Numbered from the stretch's first letter, positions 35,475 through 45,704 are shown. The stretch is 64,000 nt of DNA from Candidatus Peregrinibacteria bacterium GW2011_GWA2_33_10 (GCA_000989565.1 LBOO01000007.1:5202-69201); one strand, 5' to 3'. Translations and numbers: made by a program. Notes: generated from the sequence alone by a model not told the origin.

Positions 35475-35617
35475 CACGAAAACCAAAAAGGTTTTCGTGG
35501 TCTTTCCTGCAAGCGGTTATTTTTAAGAATGTTTAATTCTAAGTTATGAGCCCTTGAGATTAAATAATAATTTTTCGCACGACAAAAACTAACGTTTTTT
35601 CTCGTGGGCTCTTTTTT
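35475..35617 (+). repeat. composite hairpin element, copy B (variant 3-prime module ending in a canonical terminator)
   Basis: CACGAAAACC-AAAAA-GGTTTTCGTG, GTCTTTCCTGCAAGCGGTTATTT, then GAGCCC...CACGACAAAAAC-TAAC-GTTTTTTCTCGTGGGCTC followed by T6; starts 7 nt after the ndk stop. Confidence 0.7.
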
Positions 35618-35637
35618 CCTATGAACTTAGCAGTTTT

Positions 35638-36048
35638 TTAACCAGCGGATTGAGATAGAGAGATTTTGTCCATTAAGTAGAAATAATATTTGTTTTGTTC
35701 AGAATTTTGTTTGTCAAAAATTATATGGCCGTTTGGCATTCCTGTGCATGAATCACAGAATGATCGAAAGCTCCATAAAAATTTAATTTTATATTGAGAG
35801 GTAATTAAAAAATTTTTTTCAAAATTTATATCCGGAATTTTATATCCTTCTTTCATTAAATTAAGTCTTTGTTGTTTATTAGTAATGATAAACCATTCAT
35901 CATAATTCAATGCTTTATTATTAGCTGGAATATCTGATTCTTCATTGCTAAAGGTCAGAGGTATTATTTGAAAGAAAAATTTTCCAATTATAATTGCACC
36001 AGTTATGATTAATACAGATGAAATGATAATTAGTTTTTTATGTTTCAT
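35638..36048 (-). CDS. hypothetical membrane-anchored protein (136 aa)
   Basis: N-terminal TM segment; ORF only. Confidence 0.45.
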   Translation of the reverse strand: MKHKKLIIISSVLIITGAIIIGKFFFQIIPLTFSNEESDIPANNKALNYDEWFIITNKQQRLNLMKEGYKIPDINFEKNFLITSQYKIKFLWSFRSFCDSCTGMPNGHIIFDKQNSEQNKYYFYLMDKISLSQSAG

Positions 36049-36225
36049 AATTAAAGATTAAGTATAATACTAAATAAAATATTTGGACTCGAATTTTTTT
36101 CGTATATAAACTTAGTGTGATATGCTTAACTTTACTAAATGTTTTTAGGAGATGTCCAGATTAAATTGCTGTTGTTAAGAAGCAGATATTGATATTATTG
36201 ATTTTAGAAAAGTAAATTTTTGCTT

Positions 36226-36780
36226 ATGAATAAAGAAATTGAAATTAAATTATTGGGGATTTCAAAAAAAGATTTTTTAATGAAGATGGAAGAAATTGGG
36301 GCAAAAATGGTTTTTGATGGAGTGATGAAGGTGAAGTATTTTGATTTTGAGGATCAGAGAATTAGGAAGATAGGTGAGCTTTTGCGGTTGCGAGTATTGG
36401 AAGAAGGAGAGAATAAAGATATTGAATTGGTTTATAAATTTGGGAAAAAAATTTCGGAGGTTAAATTTTTTCAGGAGCTTCAGATAAATTTGGATGATGA
36501 TGAGGAAAAGTTAGAAAAAATTTTTTTTCATTTGGGTTTAAAGGTTTCCAAATATTATGAGAAAAAAAGAATTAGTTTTGAATTTGAAAAATGTAAATTG
36601 GAATTTGATGAATATCCGAATGGTTTTGGGTATTTGGAAATTGAAGCAAACTTTGAGGAAAGCTTAAACAATGTTATTAAGATTTTAGGTTGGGAAAATA
36701 AGGAAAAATCTTTTGAAACCGTTGATGAGGTTTTTGAAAGGATGTTTCAGAGGGAAAAGTTGGATGGGATGAGGTTCTGA
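36226..36780 (+). CDS. CYTH-domain protein (class IV adenylate cyclase / triphosphatase family)
   Basis: N-terminal EIEIKL (ExExK) and LRLR motif; size of about 184 aa. Confidence 0.65.
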   Translation: MNKEIEIKLLGISKKDFLMKMEEIGAKMVFDGVMKVKYFDFEDQRIRKIGELLRLRVLEEGENKDIELVYKFGKKISEVKFFQELQINLDDDEEKLEKIFFHLGLKVSKYYEKKRISFEFEKCKLEFDEYPNGFGYLEIEANFEESLNNVIKILGWENKEKSFETVDEVFERMFQREKLDGMRF

Positions 36781-36784
36781 GTGA

Positions 36785-37855
36785 TCATATTACAATTTTT
36801 CCCTTTTTCATCACCAATTTATCATCAAACCATACTTCGCCGTTTTTCATATCTTTTACCAAATCCCAGTGGACGGAGCTGTTTGGGTCGCCGTTTACGT
36901 CTTTGTAGCCGGCTCCCAGAGCAATATGAATTGAGCCTCCGATTTTTTCGTCAAATAAAATGTTGTTCGTTGGTTGTTTGATTCCATAATTAAGGCCAAT
37001 AGCGACTTCTCCCAGGGAATTTGATAATTTGTCGGTTTTTAAAACTTCGTGGAGGTAATCTTCATTCATTGAGGCGGTTGCTTTTACTACTTTCCCTTTT
37101 TTGAACTCCAAATAAACATCTCGTACTTCTTTTCCTTTTTTTGACGGCCATGGAAAATAAATATGGCCTTCGGTTTTGTAGCGGTTAGGTGAGGTGAAAA
37201 TTTCACCGTCCGGCATATTATGGGATCCTTGTACTTTTTCATTTTGACTGCTCGCGGGGCATCCTGAAATGTCTACCATTAAATCAGTGTCTTTGCTTTT
37301 TATGTGGAATTTTTTTGCTTTGTGCATTAAATTTCCTATTTTTTTGCATTCCCCGGTTATTTTTTCCCAATCCTGAAGACAAGCGGAAAAGACAAAATTT
37401 TCGTATTCTTCGAGTGACATTTTTGCTTCTTGCGCTAAACCGCGGGAAGGGTATTCACAGATAACCCAGCGTTTTTTTACTGCTTCATTTCTAGCTTCCA
37501 AATTCGCTTTCGCTGATTCTTGAATTTTTTTTGGATCGATATTTGAGAGGACATTTGTATTCATTTCTCCTCCCAAATTAATAAAAACATCAGTGTTTTT
37601 GGCTTCAAACAATCTAAATTTGGAAGTTGTTTTTAAAACTTTATCGGAAGCATATTTAAATTTTAAATACGCCAATTCTTCATCAAAGAGATTTGGTCGA
37701 ACGAATGCTCCTTTTTGATAACATAGTTTTACCACTTCTCGAAATAAAGGCATGCTTTCAGAGGTGCCGGTTATTTCAACAGTTTCTCCAGCCTTTACTT
37801 TACATGAATAATTAACTAAAATATCAGCTAATTCCTGATGGCGGGATTTTGACAT
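36785..37855 (-). CDS. aminopeptidase, M29 (AmpS/PepS) family
   Basis: LADILVNYSCKVKAGETVEI start, GGSIHIALG and HWDLV motifs typical of M29. Confidence 0.8.
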   Translation of the reverse strand: MSKSRHQELADILVNYSCKVKAGETVEITGTSESMPLFREVVKLCYQKGAFVRPNLFDEELAYLKFKYASDKVLKTTSKFRLFEAKNTDVFINLGGEMNTNVLSNIDPKKIQESAKANLEARNEAVKKRWVICEYPSRGLAQEAKMSLEEYENFVFSACLQDWEKITGECKKIGNLMHKAKKFHIKSKDTDLMVDISGCPASSQNEKVQGSHNMPDGEIFTSPNRYKTEGHIYFPWPSKKGKEVRDVYLEFKKGKVVKATASMNEDYLHEVLKTDKLSNSLGEVAIGLNYGIKQPTNNILFDEKIGGSIHIALGAGYKDVNGDPNSSVHWDLVKDMKNGEVWFDDKLVMKKGKIVI

Positions 37856-37913
37856 GAGATTAGGGGTTATGTGTGTTGATGGTGGCTTTATTTCAATGGA
37901 AAGCGCGATTGGT

Positions 37914-38543
37914 CTACCAATTCAGTATTTTTTCCACTTTTTCGTCTGTGGTTTGTTCGAATTCTTTATAATATTGGGAAATTGAATGCATTTCTTCGGG
38001 AGCAATAACGTAAATGACTTTATCCACCAATGGCGCAAGCAAATCGAGGTTTTGTTTGGCGATTACAGGTGAGGCTATTATTATTTTTGCTGCATTTTTT
38101 TTCAGGCAAGAGTTTATTGCCGCTTTCATTGTAAATCCCGTAGCAATGCCGTCATCGATAAGTACCGCGATTTTATTTTTTAAATTTAAGGTTTTTTTAT
38201 TTTTACGATATTCTTTTAATCTTCTTTTTGCTTCCAAAGCTTCTCTGCGGATTTTTGCCTGAATGTAGTTTTCTGAGAGAGAATATATTTTAGTAATGAA
38301 TTCATTGATAATATAATTTCCTTCATCATCAACCGCACCTATTGCCAGTTCTTCATTCTGCGGAAAACCGATTTTTCGGGTTATTATAATATCTAACGGC
38401 AGTTTTAAGTTTTCGGCAATCTTTTTGGCAACAACTACTCCTCCTCGCGGAAGTCCTAAAATTATAACATTTTTTTCGTCCTTTAAAAATTGCAGTTTTT
38501 CCAATAATTTTTGTCCTGCATCATCTCTGTTTAAAAATTTCAT
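37914..38543 (-). CDS. phosphoribosyltransferase family protein
   Basis: FLNRDDAGQKLLEKL start and PRPP-binding loop VLIDDGIATGFTM. Confidence 0.75.
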   Translation of the reverse strand: MKFLNRDDAGQKLLEKLQFLKDEKNVIILGLPRGGVVVAKKIAENLKLPLDIIITRKIGFPQNEELAIGAVDDEGNYIINEFITKIYSLSENYIQAKIRREALEAKRRLKEYRKNKKTLNLKNKIAVLIDDGIATGFTMKAAINSCLKKNAAKIIIASPVIAKQNLDLLAPLVDKVIYVIAPEEMHSISQYYKEFEQTTDEKVEKILNW

Positions 38544-38643
38544 AATTTTAGTATTATTTTTTTTCTTTCTGTCTATATTAACTTTATATCATAGACAGAA
38601 AGGAAAAGCTCGTTTTATACTCCTTAAATTTTATTTTTTAAAT

Positions 38644-38871
38644 CTAAGTATTTGTTTCTTCAGGATTCGGAACGGTTGGAGTTGTGTTGTCGTCTAATGT
38701 GTCATCGGGTGTTTCTTCATCAGTAGTATTGTTATCAATAATTTCTTGGTCATCTATGATGTCGGTATCCGTATCAGTATCCACCCATAGAGTATATATT
38801 AAAAACGCTGCCGCTAATATAACAATGAGAGCTAAAACGTAGGTTAATATTTTATTTTCATTGGTTTTCAT
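38644..38871 (-). CDS. small membrane-anchored protein with acidic D/T-rich tail
   Basis: One TM segment, then DTDTDTDIIDDQE...; ORF only. Confidence 0.4.
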   Translation of the reverse strand: MKTNENKILTYVLALIVILAAAFLIYTLWVDTDTDTDIIDDQEIIDNNTTDEETPDDTLDDNTTPTVPNPEETNT

Positions 38872-38993
38872 AATAAATGGTTTATGAGTAAAAGTGAAGA
38901 TAATTGTATATTTTAGCAGTGTTTTACGCGACTTGCAAATAAATTGATTTTAAGTAATTGTTATTTGAGGTTTTATTTAAAAAGGCGAATTTT

Positions 38994-39686
38994 ATGATTA
39001 AAAAATTAAATATTTTTTCAATTTATCCTGTGATAGATCAGGAATATTGTGATTTTATCAATAAAGATGTTTTTAAAATTGTGGAGGAAATCGGGAAGTT
39101 TTATGAATCGATAAGAGGAAAATATTTGGATGAAAAGTTTTTGATTCAATATCGTAATAAAAAAGATAGCGAGGAGGTGTTTTTATTCAAATCAAAAGAT
39201 GTTTTGGATATTTGCGAAAAATTTAATCTTAATTTAATGATTAATGATCAAGTGGAAATTGCCAAAAAAATTAATGCGCGGGGTGTTCATTTGGGGCAGA
39301 GTGATATTTTATATTGGCGGGAAAAAGGGATTATTAAAAATAATTTTGAAGAGTTGAAGAAATATTTAGGTAATGAAAAAATCATCGGAATCTCAGCGGA
39401 AAACGTTGAACAAGCTTTGGAAGCGCAAAATTTGGGAGCGGATTATGTTGGAATCAGCGCGGTTTTTTCGACTAATACGAAAAGAGATGTTAAAGCAATG
39501 GGGATTGAAGGTGTCAGAAAAATCGTTGATAAGGTGAAAATTTCCAAAGTGGCGATTGGGGGCATTAACAGAGGAAATATGGGGGAGGTTTTGGATTGTG
39601 GGGTTGATAGTGTGGCAATGGTTTCGGAGATTTGCGGGGCGGAGAGTGTGGGGGAGAGGATGAGGAACGTAATTCGTAATCTGTAA
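38994..39686 (+). CDS. thiE: thiamine-phosphate synthase
   Basis: YPVIDQEY, GVHLGQSD, GADYVGISAVFSTNTK, IGGIN motifs; ATG 38994; stop codon lies in a CGTAATY repeat. Confidence 0.85.
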   Translation: MIKKLNIFSIYPVIDQEYCDFINKDVFKIVEEIGKFYESIRGKYLDEKFLIQYRNKKDSEEVFLFKSKDVLDICEKFNLNLMINDQVEIAKKINARGVHLGQSDILYWREKGIIKNNFEELKKYLGNEKIIGISAENVEQALEAQNLGADYVGISAVFSTNTKRDVKAMGIEGVRKIVDKVKISKVAIGGINRGNMGEVLDCGVDSVAMVSEICGAESVGERMRNVIRNL

Positions 39687-39687
39687 G
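39668..39687 (+). repeat. (CGTAATY)n heptamer array, 3 units, containing the thiE stop codon
   Basis: CGTAATT CGTAATC TGTAAG. Confidence 0.6.
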
Positions 39688-39754
39688 AAGTTTTATTGTT
39701 GTAATTTTTTATTCCACTTATATAATTTGGATACTTTATTGATTAATCAAATTT

Positions 39755-40291
39755 ATGATTCTTTCTGATGTTACTTTAAATAAACTAATTTCTGATGGTT
39801 CTTTGACGGTTAGTCCTTTGTCTGAAAATTCAATTCAACCGGCTTCGATTGATTGTAGGCTGGGGGATCATTTTTTGGTGATTGAACAAAATAATATGGA
39901 TATTATAACTTTAGATAAGGAAATTAAATATCGTGAAATTATAGGTGATCAAATCACTATTCCTCCACATTCGTTTTTATTGGCGACAACCGAGGAATAT
40001 GTGAAATTGCCCAATAATTTAACCGCTTTTGTGGAAGGGAGAAGTTCAATTGGAAGAATTGGGCTTTTTATTCAAAATGCGGGATGGGTTGATCCCGGAT
40101 TTGAAGGTCAAATTACTTTGGAACTTTACAACGCCAATTCTTTGCCTATTAAATTAAAAAAAGGTCGAAGAATTTGTCAATTAGTATTTTGCAAAATGGA
40201 TAATGAGGCTAAAAATCCATATAACGGTAAATATCAGAAGCAAAGGAAATCTGTGGGAAGCAGAGTTTTTGAGGATGTTGAGGTTAAATAA
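39755..40291 (+). CDS. dcd: dCTP deaminase
   Basis: MILSDVTL..., IQPASIDCRLG, AFVEGRSSIGRIGLFI, GFEGQITLEL motifs. Confidence 0.9.
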   Translation: MILSDVTLNKLISDGSLTVSPLSENSIQPASIDCRLGDHFLVIEQNNMDIITLDKEIKYREIIGDQITIPPHSFLLATTEEYVKLPNNLTAFVEGRSSIGRIGLFIQNAGWVDPGFEGQITLELYNANSLPIKLKKGRRICQLVFCKMDNEAKNPYNGKYQKQRKSVGSRVFEDVEVK

Positions 40292-40402
40292 AACTAGGTG
40301 GAAATTATTAAACGTAATCGCATAATTTGTAATCTCACTAATTTTAGTTGACATTTGGGTGCGTATATGGTTTAGTTTTTTCTAATTTTTTATTTATTAT
40401 TT

Positions 40403-42250
40403 ATGAGAAAAATTGGATTAGATTTGAAGGAAGGCCCAAATTTCGGTAATGAAAGTGGTATTGTTGAATTAACAAAAAGTGGTGCTGACCAATTGGATTT
40501 TCATGATTTGAATGAGTCGAATGATGCTGATCTTGTTTGGGAAAAAATATTTAAACGTACAGAAAATATATTTGAAAGTTTTAAAAATCCAAATATTTGG
40601 GAAGATTATGAAAGGTTAGAACATGTTGTGAATAGAATTGAAAATTTTTATTCACAAATAAAAGCATTAACAACCTATTTTAAACATAAAATTGCAGAGA
40701 ATTTATATTCGGCTGATTCGCTGAATTTAGAAATAATTGATTCTACATTCAAAAAAAGCATGTATGGAGAGATTTTAAGTTTTTTTAATCATGATGTAGA
40801 CATTTTTTTTCGACATTTAAAGGAATATATGAAGTTTTTTATAGAAAATGATGGTACTACTGAAAATGATAAGAAAAAAATAATGAGTAATTTGACAATG
40901 GCTCAAGATGCTATGGAGAGTTTAAAATATTGGTACGAAAATCAAGATATTTTTTTGAAGATTTGCGACATTAATGTTTTATTTTCGGAATCATATGTAG
41001 AAACTTTATGTAAAAGTTTCGGTAATATGCGTGTTAATTTTTCTATTTTTCACGACGCGCTAAAGGATAAATCTGTAATTGTGAATGATTCAATTATAAG
41101 AAATTTAATTTATAAAATGATTCATAACGCGCAATTTAGGGGGAAGGCTTTAAATGTAAATATAAACGTTGTTTTAAATGGTACAGATATGAAAATTGTT
41201 GTTGAAGATGACGGCATTGGTATAGATCCGGAAATTTCGGATCGAGTATATGAAAAAGGAGTTTCCGGTTATGGCAGCACAGGTTATGGTCTTAGAGACG
41301 CGGATAAAAAAGTTGAATTCGCCGGTGGAAGGCTTATTAAACATGATCATGGGGGGTTAGATGGTAGTGAAGTAAAAAAAGGCGCGAAGTTAGAAATTGT
41401 ACTTCCGTTAGAACAGAAAAGTTTGTGGAATATTTTTAATAATTCAGCGGAAGAACTTTTAGAGACTTTGGACAAAGATTTGGATGTAAAAGAAAATTTA
41501 ATGAATGCGGCTAAAAGCAGTAAAAGATTTTTGGAAGTTTTTAAATTGATAATTAGGGAGGAAAAAGATTCTTTAATTAATCTGTTCATTAGACATGATT
41601 TTGCCAATTATTATACAGCAGTATCTCAACGTTTAGAATTATTGACTGATGAAACTTATAAAATTGATCTTAAAATGAAAAATGATTCGATGAAAGTAAT
41701 AGAGCTTGATGCCAGGTTGATGAAAGCAGGGACAAGATCCGCGAATTATTATTTTAATCCGGATAAGGTAAAGAATGATGAATTTAAGATTGGCGAAATT
41801 TTTGATGATACTATGATAGCGGGTTTGGTAAAAAGATTTGATGAAAAAGAAATTATTATAGAAAATTTGGATCAAGTAAAAGGTTTAAAAATATTCGGCA
41901 ATAGATATGTGCTTGAGAATATGTTTTTCAATATGGCTCGAAATTCTTTTAAACATGGCGGAGAAAAGTGTGATAAATGTAAATTTAAGTTTTCAATTGA
42001 TGGGGCCGCAAATAATTTAATTATTGAAATATTTGATAATGGAAAGGGAGTTAATTCTAAATTGAAAGATAATTTATTTGATTTAGGGGTAACCGATGGA
42101 GACGGTACGGGTATGGGACTTGCCAATATAAAATGTACTATTGAAGCAGAAATGAAGGGGTCAATAAAATGTATACCTAATGGAGGGGATTATGGCGGTG
42201 CGTATTTTAAAATAGAGTTGCCTTTTAGAAAAGAAAGTTTAATTTCGTAA
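40403..42250 (+). CDS. cytoplasmic protein with two tandem histidine-kinase-like (DHp-like plus HATPase_c) modules; orphan
   Basis: Module 1: HNAQFRG (N box), VEDDGIGID (G1), GSTGYGL (G2). Module 2: ARNSFKHG, IFDNGKGV, GTGMGLAN. Candidate H boxes FFNHDVDIFF and FIRHDFANYY. No TM segment and no adjacent response regulator. Confidence 0.65.
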   Translation: MRKIGLDLKEGPNFGNESGIVELTKSGADQLDFHDLNESNDADLVWEKIFKRTENIFESFKNPNIWEDYERLEHVVNRIENFYSQIKALTTYFKHKIAENLYSADSLNLEIIDSTFKKSMYGEILSFFNHDVDIFFRHLKEYMKFFIENDGTTENDKKKIMSNLTMAQDAMESLKYWYENQDIFLKICDINVLFSESYVETLCKSFGNMRVNFSIFHDALKDKSVIVNDSIIRNLIYKMIHNAQFRGKALNVNINVVLNGTDMKIVVEDDGIGIDPEISDRVYEKGVSGYGSTGYGLRDADKKVEFAGGRLIKHDHGGLDGSEVKKGAKLEIVLPLEQKSLWNIFNNSAEELLETLDKDLDVKENLMNAAKSSKRFLEVFKLIIREEKDSLINLFIRHDFANYYTAVSQRLELLTDETYKIDLKMKNDSMKVIELDARLMKAGTRSANYYFNPDKVKNDEFKIGEIFDDTMIAGLVKRFDEKEIIIENLDQVKGLKIFGNRYVLENMFFNMARNSFKHGGEKCDKCKFKFSIDGAANNLIIEIFDNGKGVNSKLKDNLFDLGVTDGDGTGMGLANIKCTIEAEMKGSIKCIPNGGDYGGAYFKIELPFRKESLIS

Positions 42251-42318
42251 ATCAAATTTATTTGACTTTTTAAAAATTTTGATTTAATTTATGGGTGCTT
42301 AAATCATATTCGATTAGT

Positions 42319-42786
42319 ATGAATAAAAACAATAATGGTTGCTCCCATGAATGTGAAAATTCAAAGGGTAGCGGGGTTTTTCATCTGACTAAGAAAGTTG
42401 ATACAGGTGTATCTTTTCTTCTTGCCTTACGGGATTTTAACGCAGAAAATACTTGTTCTTTGAATAGTATCGCGGAAAAATATGATATGTCATTTTATTT
42501 TTTGCAAAATATTGCCAGAGATTTTAAAAAAGCGGGATTGGTAGGATCAGGAAGAGGTAAAGCAGGAGGATATTATTTGATGAAAAAGCCTAAGGATATT
42601 TTATTGAAGAATGTGGTTGAAGCTTTGGAGGGTCCGGTGGCTTTGGTTAAATGTTTGGCGGTTAAATGTAAAAATAAAAATGGATGTTGCGGAAGAGGTT
42701 TGACTTGTATGGCCAGAGATGGATTTAAAAAATTGAATGATGAATTAAACAGTTTACTTTTATCAAAATCGCTTAATTATTTTTAA
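42319..42786 (+). CDS. Rrf2-family (IscR/SufR-like) transcriptional regulator
   Basis: wHTH region SIAEKYDMSFYFLQNIARDFKKAGLVGSGRGKAGGY; C-terminal Cys cluster CLAVKCKNKNGCCGRGLTC; heads the suf operon. Confidence 0.75.
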   Translation: MNKNNNGCSHECENSKGSGVFHLTKKVDTGVSFLLALRDFNAENTCSLNSIAEKYDMSFYFLQNIARDFKKAGLVGSGRGKAGGYYLMKKPKDILLKNVVEALEGPVALVKCLAVKCKNKNGCCGRGLTCMARDGFKKLNDELNSLLLSKSLNYF

Positions 42787-42793
42787 TATAAAA

Positions 42794-43558
42794 ATGGATA
42801 AATTAATTATAAAAAATCTGCATGCGAAAGCGGGAGGTCATTTGATTTTAAATGGAGTGGATTTGGAGATAAAATCCAATGAAATTACTGTTTTAATGGG
42901 GCAAAACGGGAGTGGAAAAAGCACTCTTTTAAATATTATTATGGGACATCCAAAATATGAAATTACAAAAGGAAGTATATATTTTAATGATATTGATGTT
43001 TTAAGTTTGGATGTTTCAAAACGTGCCAAATTGGGATTTTTTTTGGCTTTTCAAAATCCGGTTGAAGTGAGTGGCGTTAGTTATGGAAATTTTTTGAGAC
43101 AAGCAAAAAATGAATTATTAAAAGAGGAGAATAAAAAAAATATTTCTCCACGTGAATTTTTAAATCAAATAAAAGAAAATATTGAGATTTTAAAAATGGA
43201 TTCATCAATTATTGGAAAAACCGTTAATGAAGGTTTTTCAGGAGGGGAGAAAAAGAAAGCGGAGATTTTGCAATTGAGTTATTTGAAACCTAAATTCGCA
43301 CTTTTGGATGAGATAGATTCGGGATTGGACATTGATGCGCTTAAGCATGTTTCAGAAGCGATTATGTATTGTTATAAAAATTATAAATCAGGTGTATTAT
43401 TAGTAACTCATTATCAAAGAATTTTGAATTATATTGTGCCGGATAAAGTTTATATTATGGCCGCGGGGAAGATTGTGAGGGAAGGAGGGAAGGAGTTGGC
43501 TGAGAAGCTGGAGAGGGAAGGGTATGGGGCAGTGATTAATCCTGTTAAGCGGGGGTGA
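42794..43558 (+). CDS. sufC: Fe-S cluster assembly ATPase SufC
   Basis: Walker A GQNGSGKST, signature FSGGEKKK, Walker B ALLDEIDSGLD, H-loop VTHY. Confidence 0.9.
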   Translation: MDKLIIKNLHAKAGGHLILNGVDLEIKSNEITVLMGQNGSGKSTLLNIIMGHPKYEITKGSIYFNDIDVLSLDVSKRAKLGFFLAFQNPVEVSGVSYGNFLRQAKNELLKEENKKNISPREFLNQIKENIEILKMDSSIIGKTVNEGFSGGEKKKAEILQLSYLKPKFALLDEIDSGLDIDALKHVSEAIMYCYKNYKSGVLLVTHYQRILNYIVPDKVYIMAAGKIVREGGKELAEKLEREGYGAVINPVKRG

Positions 43559-43587
43559 TTAGGAATAAATTTTTAATTTATTAAATT

Positions 43588-45003
43588 ATGATTACCAAGG
43601 AGGTTAAAAGTAGGGTGAAGGAGATTATGGAGGGGTATAAATACGGTTTTAGTACTAAGACTAAACCGAGATATAAGGCTCCCAAGGGTTTGAATGAAAA
43701 AATTATTAAAGAGATTTCGGCTTTTAAAAAAGAACCTTCTTGGATGCTTGATTTTCGGTTGAAAGCTTATGAAATTTTTTTGCGAAAAGAACTGCCTTCA
43801 TGGGGAGCGGATCTTTCAAAATTGGATTTTAACGGAATTCATTATTATGTTCGGCCGCAGGATAGATCTAAGAATAATTGGGAAGATGTGCCTTCGGAAA
43901 TTAAGGATACTTTTGAAAAATTGGGAGTTCCTCAGGCCGAAAGAATGTTTTTGGCCGGTTCCGGCGCTCAATTTGAGTCGGAAATCGTTTATCATAATTT
44001 GCGTGAAGATTTGAAGAAGAAGGGAATTATTTTTGATTCTACTGATAATGCTTTGCAAAAATATCCTGAATTTTTTGAAGAATATTTTGGTAAGGTAGTT
44101 CCGGCTGCTGATAATAAATTTGCGGCCTTGAATAGCGCGGTTTGGTCCGGAGGATCATTTATTTATGTGCCGAAGGATGTGAAATTGGAGCTTCCTTTGC
44201 AGGCTTATTTCCGTATTAATGCTGAAAATATGGGGCAATTTGAGAGAACTTTAATTATTGTTGATGAAGGGGCGAGTGTGCATTATGTTGAGGGTTGTAC
44301 GGCGCCGATTTATTCGACTGATTCGCTTCATAGTGCTGTTGTTGAGATTATTGTGAAAAAAAATGCTCGCGCGCAATATACAACGATTCAAAATTGGTCA
44401 ACAAATGTTTATAATTTGGTGACCAAACGCGCTTATGCTTATGAAAACGCGGAAATGTTTTGGCTTGATTGTAATATTGGTTCGAAAATTACGATGAAAT
44501 ATCCTTCGATATTTTTGAAAGGTGATGGAGCTAGAGGAGAAATTCAATCTTTAGCATTCGCAGGTAGAAATCAGCATCAGGACGCGGGTGGAAAAGTATT
44601 TCATTTAGCAAAAAATACTAGTTCGAAAGTTGTTTCTAAATCTATAAGTAAGGATGGTGGAAGAACCAGTTATCGCGGTTTTTTGGGAGTGAGCAAGGGA
44701 GCGAAAAATTCAAAATCTCATGTTTCATGCGATGCTTTAATTTTTGACAGTAAGTCAAGAAGTGATACTTATCCGGTTATGAAAATAAGCGAGAAGGATA
44801 CCATAATCGCACATGAAGCCACAGTTTCAAAAATTGGAGAGGAGCAGCTTTTTTATTTGATGTCTAGAGGGCTTTCTGAAGAACAAGCCATTAATATGAT
44901 TGTTAACGGTTTTGCTATGCCGATTATAAAAAAATTGCCTATGGAATATGCGATTGAACTTAATAGATTGATTGAATTGGAAATGACAGGTTCTGTAGGT
45001 TAA
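43588..45003 (+). CDS. sufB: Fe-S cluster assembly scaffold SufB
   Basis: 471 aa; [43 protein letters not shown] motifs. Confidence 0.9.
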   Translation: MITKEVKSRVKEIMEGYKYGFSTKTKPRYKAPKGLNEKIIKEISAFKKEPSWMLDFRLKAYEIFLRKELPSWGADLSKLDFNGIHYYVRPQDRSKNNWEDVPSEIKDTFEKLGVPQAERMFLAGSGAQFESEIVYHNLREDLKKKGIIFDSTDNALQKYPEFFEEYFGKVVPAADNKFAALNSAVWSGGSFIYVPKDVKLELPLQAYFRINAENMGQFERTLIIVDEGASVHYVEGCTAPIYSTDSLHSAVVEIIVKKNARAQYTTIQNWSTNVYNLVTKRAYAYENAEMFWLDCNIGSKITMKYPSIFLKGDGARGEIQSLAFAGRNQHQDAGGKVFHLAKNTSSKVVSKSISKDGGRTSYRGFLGVSKGAKNSKSHVSCDALIFDSKSRSDTYPVMKISEKDTIIAHEATVSKIGEEQLFYLMSRGLSEEQAINMIVNGFAMPIIKKLPMEYAIELNRLIELEMTGSVG

Positions 45004-45013
45004 CAACAAAATT

Positions 45014-45682
45014 ATGAATTTGAAAATATTATCAAAATCAGATCAAAATTTAAAATTTGAAGCAAATTCCCGTAATTTTATAATTTTAGAAAATTTGAAT
45101 GATTTGAATTTTGATTTAGGAAGTGATTGTGAATTGAACGTTGTGGCGATTTTGTCATCAGCGAGCGATAAAGTTGTGAATTGGCAGGTTAATTTTTTGG
45201 GAGAAAACAGTAAGGCTACTTGTTATTTAATTTTAGTGGGAAAAGAAAGTAATAATTTTATGATAAATACTTATTATAATCATTTAAAAGGTTCATGTGA
45301 GTCTGTTTGTAATGTGAGAAGCGTTTTATTTGATAAGTCAAAATTTGATTACAGAGGACTTTTAAAGATCGCCAAGGGTGCGCAATTAACCAATTCATCT
45401 TTAAAACATCATACAATTTTATTGTCAGAATTTGCGAAAGTTAATACAATACCTTCTTTGGAGATAGAAGCAAATGATGTTAAAGCCGGACACGCGGTTA
45501 CAATTGGAGGAATTGATGAGGAGATGTTATTTTATCTTCAAAGCAGGGGCATTGAAAAAGATTCGGCGATAAAGTTATTAATTAAAGGATTTTTGGTGAG
45601 CGATGTTTCTATGGTGGAAGATGAGAAAGCGAGGGAGATGGTGATTGGGAAAGTAGAGAGGATTGTGAGTTGTAATCCGTAA
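45014..45682 (+). CDS. sufD: Fe-S cluster assembly protein SufD (short form)
   Basis: C-terminal IPSLEIEANDVKAGHAVTIGGIDEEMLFYLQSRGI matches the SufB/D core; only 222 aa; last codons and stop are repeat-derived. Confidence 0.75.
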   Translation: MNLKILSKSDQNLKFEANSRNFIILENLNDLNFDLGSDCELNVVAILSSASDKVVNWQVNFLGENSKATCYLILVGKESNNFMINTYYNHLKGSCESVCNVRSVLFDKSKFDYRGLLKIAKGAQLTNSSLKHHTILLSEFAKVNTIPSLEIEANDVKAGHAVTIGGIDEEMLFYLQSRGIEKDSAIKLLIKGFLVSDVSMVEDEKAREMVIGKVERIVSCNP

Positions 45683-45704
45683 TTCGTAATCCGTAATCCG
45701 TAAT
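45671..45704 (+). repeat. (CGTAATY)n heptamer array, about 5 units, forming the whole sufD-sufS junction
   Basis: TGTAATC CGTAATT CGTAATC CGTAATC CGTAAT, then ATG of sufS at 45705; sufD TAA at 45680 is inside unit 2. Confidence 0.8.

Noticed and set aside
36781-36981. 66-aa ORF immediately after the CYTH gene
   Set aside because: It lies entirely antisense to the 3-prime end of the M29 aminopeptidase gene and has no motifs.
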